Positions 37,629-47,810 of a DNA stretch of 64,000 nt are shown piece after piece. The stretch lies in NCBI GenBank assembly GCA_963676395.1, contig OY781066.1:1760001-1824000 (forward strand). The letters are read 5' to 3'. The notes beneath the pieces were generated by a model. The model was not told where the DNA came from. It was given only the letters and a program-made list of their open reading frames with translations, and did no database searches. Position numbers and translations under genes: made by a program. Position 1 is the stretch's first letter; each line of letters opens with the position of its first letter. The DNA comes from a bacterium (lineage in GTDB: Bacteria; Fidelibacterota; Fidelibacteria; Fidelibacterales; Fidelibacteraceae).

Positions 37629-39361
37629 AAAACTACGACCTGATCATTGTCGGTGGTGGTATGGCAGGATTAAGAGCTGCCATTGAAGGTGTGAAAAATG
37701 ATCTTCATGTGGCGGTTATCTCTAAGGTCCATCCATTACGCTCGCATTCGGTTGTAGCATCTGGGGGTATGAATGCCGCTATGCCAAGAAGATCAAGTCC
37801 CGATTCTACAGAGGTACACTACAAAGATACCATGGAGTGCGGTCATCATTCTTCTGAGAATGAAGCACTGAAAATATTTGTTGAAGCAGCTCCACAGAAG
37901 ATCAAAGAGCTGGAGAAATGGGGTTGTTTGTTTTCTAAAGAAAAAGATAGTTCCATTGCCGTAAGAAAAATGGGTGCTTCTTCATATCCCAGAACTATTT
38001 ATTCTTCAGACAAAACCGGACATGTTGTGATGAATACATTGTATGAGCAATGCATTCGCTTACGCCAGAACCGTCCGGATAAATTGAGGTTCTATGATGA
38101 GTGGTTTGTTCAGCGATTACTGGTTAATAATAATACTGCTTATGGTGTCATCGCATTAGAAATAGCCACCGGAAAAATGGAGATATTTTCTTCCAAAGCT
38201 GTTATTTGGGCAACGGGAGGAGCGGGTAGAGTATATGGTTGTACTTCTAATCCATTGACCAATTCAGGATGGGGAATGGCTGTACCTATGTATGCCGGTG
38301 CCGGATTGAGAGATATGGAATATGTTCAATTTCACCCGACACAACTTTCAGGCTCCCATATATTGATCACGGAAGCTGCCAGGGGAGAGGGTGGACATCT
38401 ATTAAACTTGAAAGAAGAAAGATTTTTATCCAGTTATAGAGATACAAAAGAAAAAATGGAGCTTTCTCCCAGAGATGCCATCTCAAGAAATATCAAACGA
38501 GAGATCTTAGCCGGACGCGGTGTTAATGCTACTTGCGTGCATTTGGATCTTAGACATCTTGGTAGTAGGAAATTAAAAAAACAACTTCCCGGAGTTCGAG
38601 AGTTGTGTAAAACTTTTGCGGGACTTGACCCCATAAGGCACATGATTCCTGTCACTCCCGGACAGCATTTTATTATTGGTGGTATAGCCAGCAACGAGAA
38701 AGCAGAGACTGATATTTCCGGTTTTTTTGTAGCCGGAGAATGTGCATGTAACGGAATACACGGTAGTAATCGAATGGGCGGAAATTCATTGATGGAAACA
38801 TTGGTGTTTGGTGAGATCGCCGCAAATAATGCTGCAACACATATAAAACATCGACATCAAAAAGCACCTGCGAAAGAATTTTATAAAAACGCTTTCAGCG
38901 AAGAAAAGAATAAGGTGAAAGATATCCTGTCTTCAAAAGGGAAATACCGCGTGGGTGAGTTGCGTGAAAAAATGCAAGCACTCATGGATGAATATGTTGG
39001 GATATATCGAGATGGTATGGGGCTGATCGAGGCGGCACAGGAAATCAAAGAGTTGAAATCAAAGTTCAGTTCGGATCTTTTTGTAGACGGAAAAAATGCC
39101 AGAGCAAATTATGGATTGATTGATGCAATGGAATTAAAAGGATCTTTAGATCTTGCCGATGTTATCATACAGGCTGCAAGTCGAAGAAAAGAAAGCTGTG
39201 GCGTTCATTTTAGAAACGATTTTCCGAATAGTAAGGGCAGACCACGATATTCTTTAACGAAATTAAAGAAAAACCGTTTACAAATAAGGTATTTCCCCGT
39301 AAAAGTAAAAAGTAATCCTATTAATGCTTTGTTAAGTGAATCGGGACTACTAAAACCATGA
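37625..39361 (+). CDS. sdhA: Succinate dehydrogenase/fumarate reductase flavoprotein
   Basis: VGGGMAG, RSHSVVASGG, DKTGH, QFHPT, LITEAARGEGG, PRD, HGSNRMGGNSL. Confidence 0.93.
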   Translation: MKNYDLIIVGGGMAGLRAAIEGVKNDLHVAVISKVHPLRSHSVVASGGMNAAMPRRSSPDSTEVHYKDTMECGHHSSENEALKIFVEAAPQKIKELEKWGCLFSKEKDSSIAVRKMGASSYPRTIYSSDKTGHVVMNTLYEQCIRLRQNRPDKLRFYDEWFVQRLLVNNNTAYGVIALEIATGKMEIFSSKAVIWATGGAGRVYGCTSNPLTNSGWGMAVPMYAGAGLRDMEYVQFHPTQLSGSHILITEAARGEGGHLLNLKEERFLSSYRDTKEKMELSPRDAISRNIKREILAGRGVNATCVHLDLRHLGSRKLKKQLPGVRELCKTFAGLDPIRHMIPVTPGQHFIIGGIASNEKAETDISGFFVAGECACNGIHGSNRMGGNSLMETLVFGEIAANNAATHIKHRHQKAPAKEFYKNAFSEEKNKVKDILSSKGKYRVGELREKMQALMDEYVGIYRDGMGLIEAAQEIKELKSKFSSDLFVDGKNARANYGLIDAMELKGSLDLADVIIQAASRRKESCGVHFRNDFPNSKGRPRYSLTKLKKNRLQIRYFPVKVKSNPINALLSESGLLKP

Positions 39362-40035
39362 GTGTAAAAAATTATAAAATATCAGTGTTTAGATTTGATC
39401 CGCTTGTTGATACCAAACATCGATTTGAAACATATTCGGTACCGGTCGATCGAGCCAAAACGGTTTTAGATGCTCTACTGTATGTGCGGGATTATGTCGA
39501 TTCAACATTAGCGTTTAGATCTTCTTGTGCTCAGGGGAGATGCGGTTCATGTATAATGCATATAAATGGGAAATATTCTTTAGCCTGCGAAACTTTTCTA
39601 AAAAAAGGGAAAAATATTGTTCGTCCTATTGCTCAATTGGAGATCATAAAAGATGTTATGGTTGATATGGACCCGTTTTGGGCAAAATACGAATCTATAC
39701 GACCTTATCTTGTCAGGCATAGTGGAGAGAGCGGACAATCTTATGAGAACCGAAGAGAGATGGATACCATTATAGATTGTATTCTTTGTGGAGCATGTTA
39801 TTCCGCTTGTATGATGACTGGAATGAACCCGGAGTTCCATGGCCCGGCAGCATATGTGGCCTTAAATAGGTTTTTGAAAGATGAGAGAGATAGTCTTTAC
39901 GAGCAGCGGATGGAGTTGATAAAAGGTGAAAACGGTGTATTTAGATGTCACAGTATGTATAACTGTAATCATGCCTGCCCTAAAAATGTAAAACCATCAG
40001 AAAACATATTGGAAATTAAAAAAAATATCGGTTAA
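39358..40035 (+). CDS. sdhB: Succinate dehydrogenase Fe-S subunit
   Basis: SCAQGRCGSC..C; CILCGACYSAC; CHSMYNCNHACPK. Confidence 0.93.
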   Translation: MSVKNYKISVFRFDPLVDTKHRFETYSVPVDRAKTVLDALLYVRDYVDSTLAFRSSCAQGRCGSCIMHINGKYSLACETFLKKGKNIVRPIAQLEIIKDVMVDMDPFWAKYESIRPYLVRHSGESGQSYENRREMDTIIDCILCGACYSACMMTGMNPEFHGPAAYVALNRFLKDERDSLYEQRMELIKGENGVFRCHSMYNCNHACPKNVKPSENILEIKKNIG

Positions 40036-40073
40036 ATTTCATAGTAAGTTGCTAAGCAAAAAAGGAGCCTCTT

Positions 40074-41426
40074 GTGGAAAAAACCATCTCTCGACAAATT
40101 GCAGAATATGCGGTGAATTTACGTTATGAAGACCTTCCCGAAGAAGTGATTTATGAGGTAAAAAGATACTTGTATGATTCGATTGGATGTGCTTTAGGAT
40201 CTATGCACACTAAAGATGTAAACATAATAAAAGACATTTATGAAGAAATGGGGGGCAAAGAAGAGGCTACCATTTTTGGATTTGGTTTAAAAATGCCGGC
40301 AGTTCAAGCCAGTTTTTTAAATGCCTTGATGATCCGTGCTTTAGATTATAATGATATCTACTGGAAAGAAGATCCCTCTCATCCCTCAGATATTATTCCC
40401 GCTGCTTTGGCTATGGGTGAAAGAGTAGGGGCATCTATGAAGGATGTTATCGTAGCTATTGTTCTTGCTTATGAATTTGAACAACGTATTTGTGAATTTG
40501 CCAAACCGGGTGTTCGTGAAAGAAAATGGCATCATGCTACATTGACTCAATTTGTTTCACCTATTGTAGCAGGTAAAGTATTGGGGCTTAATGTTGACCA
40601 AATGGTAAATGCTATCGGTATTTCAGCTTGCCATAATCATACGATAGGTTGTCCGACAGCCGGTAAATTAACCATGATGAAAAACACGGTTGACCCCATG
40701 TCTACTCAGTCCGGTGTGCTTGCTGCATTAATGGCAGAAAAAGGTTACACCGGCACCGAAGCGATCTTTGAAGGTAAAGAAGGCTTCATGGATGTTTTTG
40801 GTCCTGATTGGGATGTTGAAGCCATGTTGGGAGGTTTGGGTGAATCGTACAGAATACTCCAGTGTTCAATGAAAGCCTTCCCCACAGAAGCTTTGACTCA
40901 CACTCATATATCAGCTACAATCAAAATTATGACAGAAAACGAAATTTCTTATAAAGATATTGATACAGTTAAGATCACAACGATCGCAAGAGCTTGCGAT
41001 ATTCTTTTTGATCCCCATAAATATCGTCCTACATCAAGAGAAACCGCAGATCACAGTTTACCTTATTGTATCGCTTGTGCTTTGGTAGATAAAAAGGTAA
41101 CAACCAAGAGTTTTGATGACGAAAAGATCCAAGATCCACGGATTTGGGAGGTGATCGATAAAATTCAAGGGGAAGCCTCAGAAGAATTTGAAAAAATGTT
41201 TCCTGCGAAACAACCTTCAAGAGTAACGATAACAACAGTTGATGGTAAAGAATATACCTTGTATCTTGAATATCCTAAAGGTGATCCTCGTGAACCTATG
41301 ACGATGGATGATCTTGATGCGAAAATTGATGCACTTTGTGGTGATAGCTATGATGTTGAAGCAATGAAAACAAAAATATTTGCTTGTGAACAAGTAAGTG
41401 CCAAAGAATTTATGGCCTCGATATAG
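40074..41426 (+). CDS. prpD: MmgE/PrpD family protein (2-methylcitrate dehydratase-like)
   Basis: IRALDYND, SHPSD, FEGKEG, KAFPTEALTH, RETADHSLPY, YPKGDPREP. Confidence 0.85.
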   Translation: MEKTISRQIAEYAVNLRYEDLPEEVIYEVKRYLYDSIGCALGSMHTKDVNIIKDIYEEMGGKEEATIFGFGLKMPAVQASFLNALMIRALDYNDIYWKEDPSHPSDIIPAALAMGERVGASMKDVIVAIVLAYEFEQRICEFAKPGVRERKWHHATLTQFVSPIVAGKVLGLNVDQMVNAIGISACHNHTIGCPTAGKLTMMKNTVDPMSTQSGVLAALMAEKGYTGTEAIFEGKEGFMDVFGPDWDVEAMLGGLGESYRILQCSMKAFPTEALTHTHISATIKIMTENEISYKDIDTVKITTIARACDILFDPHKYRPTSRETADHSLPYCIACALVDKKVTTKSFDDEKIQDPRIWEVIDKIQGEASEEFEKMFPAKQPSRVTITTVDGKEYTLYLEYPKGDPREPMTMDDLDAKIDALCGDSYDVEAMKTKIFACEQVSAKEFMASI

Positions 41427-41449
41427 GGGTATAAAGCCTTACAAAGACA

Positions 41450-41478
41450 TTGACTTACTTGTATTAGTTTGTTACTTT
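41450..41478 (+). promoter_or_regulatory. Putative sigma70 promoter
   Basis: TTGACT-N17-TACTTT. Confidence 0.45.
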
Positions 41479-41528
41479 ATTACAAATATTGTCTATTAAG
41501 TTATTGACGATAAATTTAGGAGTCAGTA

Positions 41529-42509
41529 ATGCGTTCAAAAATAATTTCTATCATGCTTGCAATTTTATTGGCTTTTGGTCTATTTGCTGAAGATAAAAAG
41601 AGTCGAAAAGACTTTTTTAAAGAGTTTTACGGCACTTATTTCAAAGCTTCAGGCATCGAATTGCCACAAGATAAAGTTGAAAGTGGAGAAATTGGATTAG
41701 AAGATGTGATCAAGCAACTTGAAGCACGCTATGGTATTGACATTCCTTTGGAAGACGAGTTGAAATTCAAGACGGTTGAAGAAGTCGCCGAGTACGTCAA
41801 TAAAATGGTTAAAGAAAATGGTGATCTAAGTGTGCCGGAAGAAATTATGGCAACAATTGAGGCACCTGAAGATACCAGTACGAATGTAAGAAAACGAGAA
41901 ACATGGGCAATAAATCTATATTCATCCTATGGCTTAGTTGAACCAATGGGTTTAACCGGGGATCATGGTTGGGACGGAAATGTTTCGGGATATCAAGCAT
42001 TTAATGTGCTTGAAAATATGTTTACTTTTGATGCGGGAGTCATGTTTCACCCTTATGCATTGACCAAGAAAGAAAAACATATTCCAAATTCTCTTGGATT
42101 AGCCTTTGACTATGCTTCATTCAATCATTGGGGTGCTCATTCTGCATTTCCTGTTGATACTACCGCTACTCGCTGGGGTTTAAGTTTTGTTCTCCAACAA
42201 GATATTACAGGTAGAAAAAATCCTTGGGCTGATGCCGGAATATATTTGCAGGAAAGCATTAAGGTTTCTTTCCATGATTTTGGATACTATGATGATTTTA
42301 TTCAAGGAAACAATTATTTGTCAATTGGTCTTGGTTTGACTGAAGGATTTTATGTGTCGATATTTGATATAAAGCTTTATCAAACAATTGCTTATAGTCC
42401 AGCTTTACATGCGGCATATCCCTCTCTAAGCGTTCTAGATTTCTCATATCAAGGCGGAATTCTTGATTATGAAATTGGTTTACGTGTAGGAGTGGCGATT
42501 AAAATTTAG
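41529..42509 (+). CDS. Exported protein: acyl-carrier-protein-like domain fused to a probable beta-barrel
   Basis: AGGAG RBS; signal peptide; VIKQLEARYGIDIPLEDELKFKTVEEVAEYV; C-terminal amphipathic strands ending YEIGLRVGVAIKI. Confidence 0.7.
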   Translation: MRSKIISIMLAILLAFGLFAEDKKSRKDFFKEFYGTYFKASGIELPQDKVESGEIGLEDVIKQLEARYGIDIPLEDELKFKTVEEVAEYVNKMVKENGDLSVPEEIMATIEAPEDTSTNVRKRETWAINLYSSYGLVEPMGLTGDHGWDGNVSGYQAFNVLENMFTFDAGVMFHPYALTKKEKHIPNSLGLAFDYASFNHWGAHSAFPVDTTATRWGLSFVLQQDITGRKNPWADAGIYLQESIKVSFHDFGYYDDFIQGNNYLSIGLGLTEGFYVSIFDIKLYQTIAYSPALHAAYPSLSVLDFSYQGGILDYEIGLRVGVAIKI

Positions 42510-42554
42510 CTACAAGAAGCGTTAAAATTAAAAGTTCGAATAAATCAAATTAGT

Positions 42555-42583
42555 TTGACATTCGCATAAATCGACGGTATATT
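42555..42583 (+). promoter_or_regulatory. Strong sigma70 promoter
   Basis: TTGACA-N17-TATATT. Confidence 0.7.
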
Positions 42584-42647
42584 AAGTTTAATGATTGAAT
42601 TTGAAAGTTTTATAAAAAATGAAAGAATAATAGAGGAGTTTAGAAAA

Positions 42648-43265
42648 ATGAAACGTTTCGTTATTGTATTATTGGCAATAGCAATGGCAACTTTTGCTTT
42701 TGCTGGGGGCTCTTGCTTTAAAATGTATTTGAATGGTGGTGTAAATGAACCGGGTATGGTTGGTTCTGCAGCTTTTGCTTATAATCATAACCCTGTTGAG
42801 ACAGGTTTTGATGTTAAATTAGGTATTAGAAAACACTTAAAAGATTATTTTGAAATGCCCGAAGCATTACCTCTAGAAGTACAGTTGGGTCTTGGTTTTC
42901 AGATGAATGCAGAAAAAGCTACTGCAGCTGAAGATCTCATGGCTTTTACATTTAATGCTGATTTGTTGTATCCTATTGATCAAGTAGTATGTATTCCGGT
43001 TATTGATATTTCTCCATTTATTGGTTTATCGTATGACTTGCATTTATATCGTGATTGGGATGGTACCAGTGCTCAGTGGAATGCTCATTTGATAGGTGTT
43101 CAAGCTGGTGTTATGTTTGATCTTGACTTGACTGAACGTCTTGCTGTAGAATTGGTTCTTGCCAACCCATTTAATTTCGATGTCTCAGGAAACATTCCAC
43201 AGGTAGTTACCTCACAAGCATATGCTAACGTAGGTCTGTCTTATGTATTTGGCGGAAACAAATAA
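42648..43265 (+). CDS. Small outer membrane beta-barrel protein
   Basis: GAGGAG RBS; signal peptide AFA-G; SPFIGLSY; C-terminal VGLSYVFGG. Confidence 0.8.
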   Translation: MKRFVIVLLAIAMATFAFAGGSCFKMYLNGGVNEPGMVGSAAFAYNHNPVETGFDVKLGIRKHLKDYFEMPEALPLEVQLGLGFQMNAEKATAAEDLMAFTFNADLLYPIDQVVCIPVIDISPFIGLSYDLHLYRDWDGTSAQWNAHLIGVQAGVMFDLDLTERLAVELVLANPFNFDVSGNIPQVVTSQAYANVGLSYVFGGNK

Positions 43266-43286
43266 GATATTTTAGATTTATTATTT

Positions 43287-43311
43287 AGCCCCGCATGTCG
43301 GGGCTTTTTTT
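43287..43311 (+). terminator. Rho-independent terminator
   Basis: AGCCCCG-CATGT-CGGGGCT-TTTTTT. Confidence 0.85.
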
Positions 43312-43374
43312 ATACCCTGAAAAACATTTTTTTTATGCCTGAAATGTGTATATTTACATACTTAAAATAGGAGC

Positions 43375-44748
43375 TTGAAAATGAATGAATTTATTTTCCG
43401 TGAATATGATATACGCGGTATCGTAAAAGAAGATTTTACCGATGATGTGGTTATAAGCTTAGGTAAAGGATTTGGAACCTGGTTGATTCGTCATGGGGCC
43501 AAAAAACTCGTATTAAGTGGTGATATTAGAGTTACAACTCCAAGATTAAAAGAATTATTTGCCAAAGGAGCAATGTTAACAGGTTTAGATGTGATGGATA
43601 TAGGAATTTTACCTACACCTCTTAACTATTATTCTCAATTTGTACTACCTGCCGAAGCCGCTTGCCAGATCACCGGTTCACATAATCCTCCTGAATTTAA
43701 TGGCTTTAAACTATCCTATGAACAACAAGCTTTTTATGGACCGCAGATTCAAGAGATAAAAGAATTGATTCTTGCCGGTGATTTTGAAGAAGGCGAAGGA
43801 AAATTCTCAACAGATGATTCAATTAAGGAACGATATTTAAAAGAAGTTAAAGAAAAGATCAATGTTGAAAGAAAGCTTAAAGTGGTTGTTGATTCGGGTA
43901 ATGCTGCCGGCGGCTTAGTTGCCCCCGAATTATTTAAATCTCTGAATGTCGAGTTGACTGAACTATATTCTGAAATTGATGGTTCATTTCCGAATCACCA
44001 TCCCGATCCGACTGTCGAAAAAAATATAGCCGATCTGATTGATTTAATGAAAACAGGTAAATATGATGTGGGTATTGCTTATGATGGTGATGCGGATAGA
44101 GTTGGTGTTGTGGATAATAAAGGTAGAATTATTTGGGCTGATCAGCTGATGGCTTTGTTCCTACCGGAAGTTATCAAAGAAAAAGATACTCCTATTGTAT
44201 TCGATGTGAAATGCTCACAGGTTCTTGAAGATGAAGTTCGTAGAAACGGTGGAAAGCCTATTATGTGGAGAACCGGACATAGTGTATTAAAGCAGAAAAT
44301 GAAAGAGCTTAAAGGACCCTTTGGTGGTGAAATGAGCGGGCATATTTTCTTTGCTGATGATTATTATGGCTTTGATGACGCTATCTATGTTTCTGCCAGA
44401 CTTGTACAAATGGTTTCTCGCTCAGATAAAGAATTATCAGAATACTTGGATGAACTTCCAAAGTTTGTTTCAACACCTGAAATTAGACTTAATGCCGAAT
44501 CTGATCAGGTTAAGTTTGATATTGCCGATAAAGCATTCAAATATTTCTCAGAGAATTATGACTGTATAACAGTAGATGGTGTACGAATTCGTTTTGATGA
44601 TGGCTGGGGATTGGTAAGGGCATCTAACACACAACCTGTGATCGTAACGCGTTTTGAAGCCAATTCTACAGAAGCTCTTGAGCGTATTCAAAAACTGGTT
44701 ATGGATAAATTATCAGAATATGGAACTCTAACGGAAGACAGTCACTAA
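43375..44748 (+). CDS. Phosphomannomutase/phosphoglucomutase (AlgC-like)
   Basis: FREYDIRG, ITGSHNP, FPNHHPDP, DGDADR, GEMSGH, RASNTQP. Confidence 0.95.
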   Translation: MKMNEFIFREYDIRGIVKEDFTDDVVISLGKGFGTWLIRHGAKKLVLSGDIRVTTPRLKELFAKGAMLTGLDVMDIGILPTPLNYYSQFVLPAEAACQITGSHNPPEFNGFKLSYEQQAFYGPQIQEIKELILAGDFEEGEGKFSTDDSIKERYLKEVKEKINVERKLKVVVDSGNAAGGLVAPELFKSLNVELTELYSEIDGSFPNHHPDPTVEKNIADLIDLMKTGKYDVGIAYDGDADRVGVVDNKGRIIWADQLMALFLPEVIKEKDTPIVFDVKCSQVLEDEVRRNGGKPIMWRTGHSVLKQKMKELKGPFGGEMSGHIFFADDYYGFDDAIYVSARLVQMVSRSDKELSEYLDELPKFVSTPEIRLNAESDQVKFDIADKAFKYFSENYDCITVDGVRIRFDDGWGLVRASNTQPVIVTRFEANSTEALERIQKLVMDKLSEYGTLTEDSH

Positions 44749-45729
44749 GTGTTTAAGAAATTTTATCAGGAATATATTCCTGTATTCAGGAAAGAATATG
44801 AGGGTAGCGTTGTTAAAACGCTTCCTCTCTCATTCTATCAACCCATAGCATATACATTAAGGAATCCCGGGAAACAAATTCGTCCTGCCGTTTTAAGTGC
44901 TGTATACTCTTCCTTGACAGATAGCCATATAAACAGATCATTACCTGCGGCGCTTGCTGTCGAAATGGTCCATAACTTTACGTTGTTGCATGATGATATC
45001 ATGGATGGTGATGTTATGCGACATGGTAAACCCACTGTGAATGCAAAATGGGATGATAACACCGCGATACTTGCCGGTGACGGCCTTTTTGTTGTCGCTT
45101 TAGAACAACTGAATGCTTATAGAGATAATCCATCCTTATACGCTAAATTAATGCCGGCATTGCTTTCAGCTGTTATTTCCGTATCTGAAGGGCAAGCAGA
45201 TGATCTTGAATTTGAAGATCGAGATGATGTAAGTTTAGACAATTATCTTCAGATGGTTTTAAATAAAACGGCTAAACTTCTATCTGTTTCGGCAAAACTA
45301 GGTGCATGCCTTGCGGGAGCTGATGAAAAAACATGTATGTTGGTTGAAAATATCTTCAATGAACTTGGCATAATATTTCAAATTCAGGACGACCTACTTG
45401 AATTGACAGCCAGTGAAGAAACCATGGGAAAAAGCTTGGGTTCCGATCTTGTTAAGAAAAAGAAAACATATCCATTTTTGTATGCTAAAGAAAATTTGGA
45501 TATTAATAACTGGAATAAATTTGTGGCCACTATTGATAAAGTATTTATTGAGGCACATGGAGTTCACCCGGCAATTCGGATCTTGGAAGAAAATTTAGTA
45601 TTTGATAGAATTCATGAACTTATTAAATTAAGGCATGTTACTATTCAAGAAATGATAAACAAACTTCCATCTGGAAGTCAAAAAATGTTCAACTCTATTG
45701 TTGAATTCATTATGAACAGGAAACATTAA
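44749..45729 (+). CDS. Polyprenyl diphosphate synthase
   Basis: GKQIRP, LLHDDIMD..RHGKPT, ILAGD, GQADD, KTA, FQIQDD. Confidence 0.92.
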   Translation: MFKKFYQEYIPVFRKEYEGSVVKTLPLSFYQPIAYTLRNPGKQIRPAVLSAVYSSLTDSHINRSLPAALAVEMVHNFTLLHDDIMDGDVMRHGKPTVNAKWDDNTAILAGDGLFVVALEQLNAYRDNPSLYAKLMPALLSAVISVSEGQADDLEFEDRDDVSLDNYLQMVLNKTAKLLSVSAKLGACLAGADEKTCMLVENIFNELGIIFQIQDDLLELTASEETMGKSLGSDLVKKKKTYPFLYAKENLDINNWNKFVATIDKVFIEAHGVHPAIRILEENLVFDRIHELIKLRHVTIQEMINKLPSGSQKMFNSIVEFIMNRKH

Positions 45730-46004
45730 TGGTAAGTAAAGAAGTTACGATTATTAATAAACAAGGGTTGCATGCCAGACCTGCTACAGCTATGGTAAAT
45801 ACAGCAGCTCGGTTTAAATCTGAAATCTTTATCTGTAGAGATGAAAAAAAAGTTAACGGCAAATCTATTCTTGGCTTACTTGTTCTTGCTGCCGAGAACG
45901 GAGCGGTTCTAAAGATCGAAGCAAGTGGTCCTGATGAAGAGGAAGCTGTTAATGCGCTCGTAGAATTGGTCAATGATCATTTTGGGATGGGCGAAAATAT
46001 TTAA
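45729..46004 (+). CDS. ptsH: Phosphocarrier protein HPr
   Basis: GLHARPA (His15) and NGKSILGLL (Ser46). Confidence 0.95.
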   Translation: MVSKEVTIINKQGLHARPATAMVNTAARFKSEIFICRDEKKVNGKSILGLLVLAAENGAVLKIEASGPDEEEAVNALVELVNDHFGMGENI

Positions 46005-46011
46005 GGTCCAT

Positions 46012-47763
46012 ATGACTAAGCATGAGGAAATAAACCTGATTCAGGGTAAATCGGCATCTTCGGGGATTGCGATCGCATCGGCATATGTCCGAAAACTTGA
46101 TCAAGAAATGATCATTCCCCGAACTTTAATACCTGCCGATAAAATAGTCGACGAGATGAAACGACTGGAAGAAGCTCGTGAACTGGTTTGTGATGAGCTT
46201 GAATTTGTAAGAGATAAGATCAAAGAGCGTCTTGGGACATCTTACAGTGATATTATTTCTGCGCAATTAGCTATAGTTAAAGACGAAGAGCTTTACCGTG
46301 AAGTACAAGCCTACATTGAAGAACATCATGTAAATATAGCTTTTGCCTTTAAGGTGGTTGTTAATCAATATGTTGAAATTTTTGAAGATCAGGAGTCGGA
46401 ATACTTTAAAGAAAGACTTGCTGATATTAAAGATATCAAACAACGAATTCTTCGTGCAATTTTATCTAAGAAAACAGTCCTTTCCTCTTTTGGTATAGAT
46501 AAACCAACAATTTTTATTTCAAGAGATCTAAGTCCTACGGATATTGTTATGTTGGTATCTGAAAACGTTGTGGGTTTTGTTACCGAATTTGGAGGTATGA
46601 CCTCACATGTTTCCATTCTTGCTAGAGCGATGAAAGTACCTATGATCACGGGTGCTCGAGATGCGCTTCAAAGCATTGAATCAGGTGAAAATCTTATTCT
46701 CGACGCAAATGCCGGTAAAGTATTCATTCGTCCCTCAGAAGAACTTTTAGATGAGTATAAACGTGAAATACTTCAGTTGACACGCAAAGATGAGATATTT
46801 CGGGCAGATTTTCATAAACAGGCGGCGACAAAAGATGGGTATAAGATCAAGTTGGGTGCTAATATTTCTTTACCACTTGAAGTGGATGATGTAAAGAAAT
46901 ACGGTGGAAAAGGCATTGGTTTATATCGAACGGAATATTTTTATTTAATGAAGCAACGACTTCCAAGGGAAGAAGAGCTTTTTAAAGAATACAGACAAGT
47001 TGTTGAAGGCATGGATGGAAAAGAAGTTGTGATCAGAACCATCGATTTGGGTGGTGATAAAATGTCCTCTTTGATTGAACAAGATGTTCGCAATGAATCA
47101 AATCCCTTTATGGGCTATCGTGCTATTCGAATCTGTTTGGATCAGCCTGAACTTTTTATTACTCAGTTGAGAGCCATTTTAAGAGCATCTGCTTTTGGTA
47201 AAGTATCAATACTTATTCCGATGATTACACATCTGGAAGAATTAACCGAAAGTATAAAAATGATTGAGGATGTGAAACGTGAACTTATAAATGAGAAGAT
47301 CCCCTTCGATAACACTATACGTATCGGCATGATGGTTGAAACGCCATCTGCGGTTATGAATATTGAGACCTTTGCAAAGAAGGTTGACTTTTTCTCCATT
47401 GGTACTAATGACCTTACTCAGTACTGTTTGGTTGTAGATAGGGGAAATGAGAAAGTCATTGATGTATACTCTCATTATGATCCGGCGATCATTCGAATGA
47501 TCTTAAAGGTAGTAGAAGCAGGTAAAGCTGAAGGTATCGAGGTTTTTATTTGCGGTGAAATGGCCGCAGAAAAGCGGGCGCTTGTTTTGTTTTTAGGCAT
47601 GAAGATAGATGGTCTATCCGTTGCACCTCAGTACATAGGTGAAGTGAGAGACCGAATATCCAACTGCGAACAAAAAACAGCGGAAAAACACCTGGATGCT
47701 GTTTTAAAAATGGATACGAGAAAAGATATTCTAGATTATTTAGATAATATTCACAAACTGTAA
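46012..47763 (+). CDS. ptsI: PEP-protein phosphotransferase, enzyme I
   Basis: GGMTSHVSILAR, GIGLYRTE, RTIDLGGDK, ESNPFMGYRAIR, FSIGTNDLTQY, CGEMA. Confidence 0.95.
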   Translation: MTKHEEINLIQGKSASSGIAIASAYVRKLDQEMIIPRTLIPADKIVDEMKRLEEARELVCDELEFVRDKIKERLGTSYSDIISAQLAIVKDEELYREVQAYIEEHHVNIAFAFKVVVNQYVEIFEDQESEYFKERLADIKDIKQRILRAILSKKTVLSSFGIDKPTIFISRDLSPTDIVMLVSENVVGFVTEFGGMTSHVSILARAMKVPMITGARDALQSIESGENLILDANAGKVFIRPSEELLDEYKREILQLTRKDEIFRADFHKQAATKDGYKIKLGANISLPLEVDDVKKYGGKGIGLYRTEYFYLMKQRLPREEELFKEYRQVVEGMDGKEVVIRTIDLGGDKMSSLIEQDVRNESNPFMGYRAIRICLDQPELFITQLRAILRASAFGKVSILIPMITHLEELTESIKMIEDVKRELINEKIPFDNTIRIGMMVETPSAVMNIETFAKKVDFFSIGTNDLTQYCLVVDRGNEKVIDVYSHYDPAIIRMILKVVEAGKAEGIEVFICGEMAAEKRALVLFLGMKIDGLSVAPQYIGEVRDRISNCEQKTAEKHLDAVLKMDTRKDILDYLDNIHKL

Positions 47764-47810
47764 GGCCTCAAACCTAACACGTCTGAAATAATTAATGATG
47801 ATTTAAAAAA

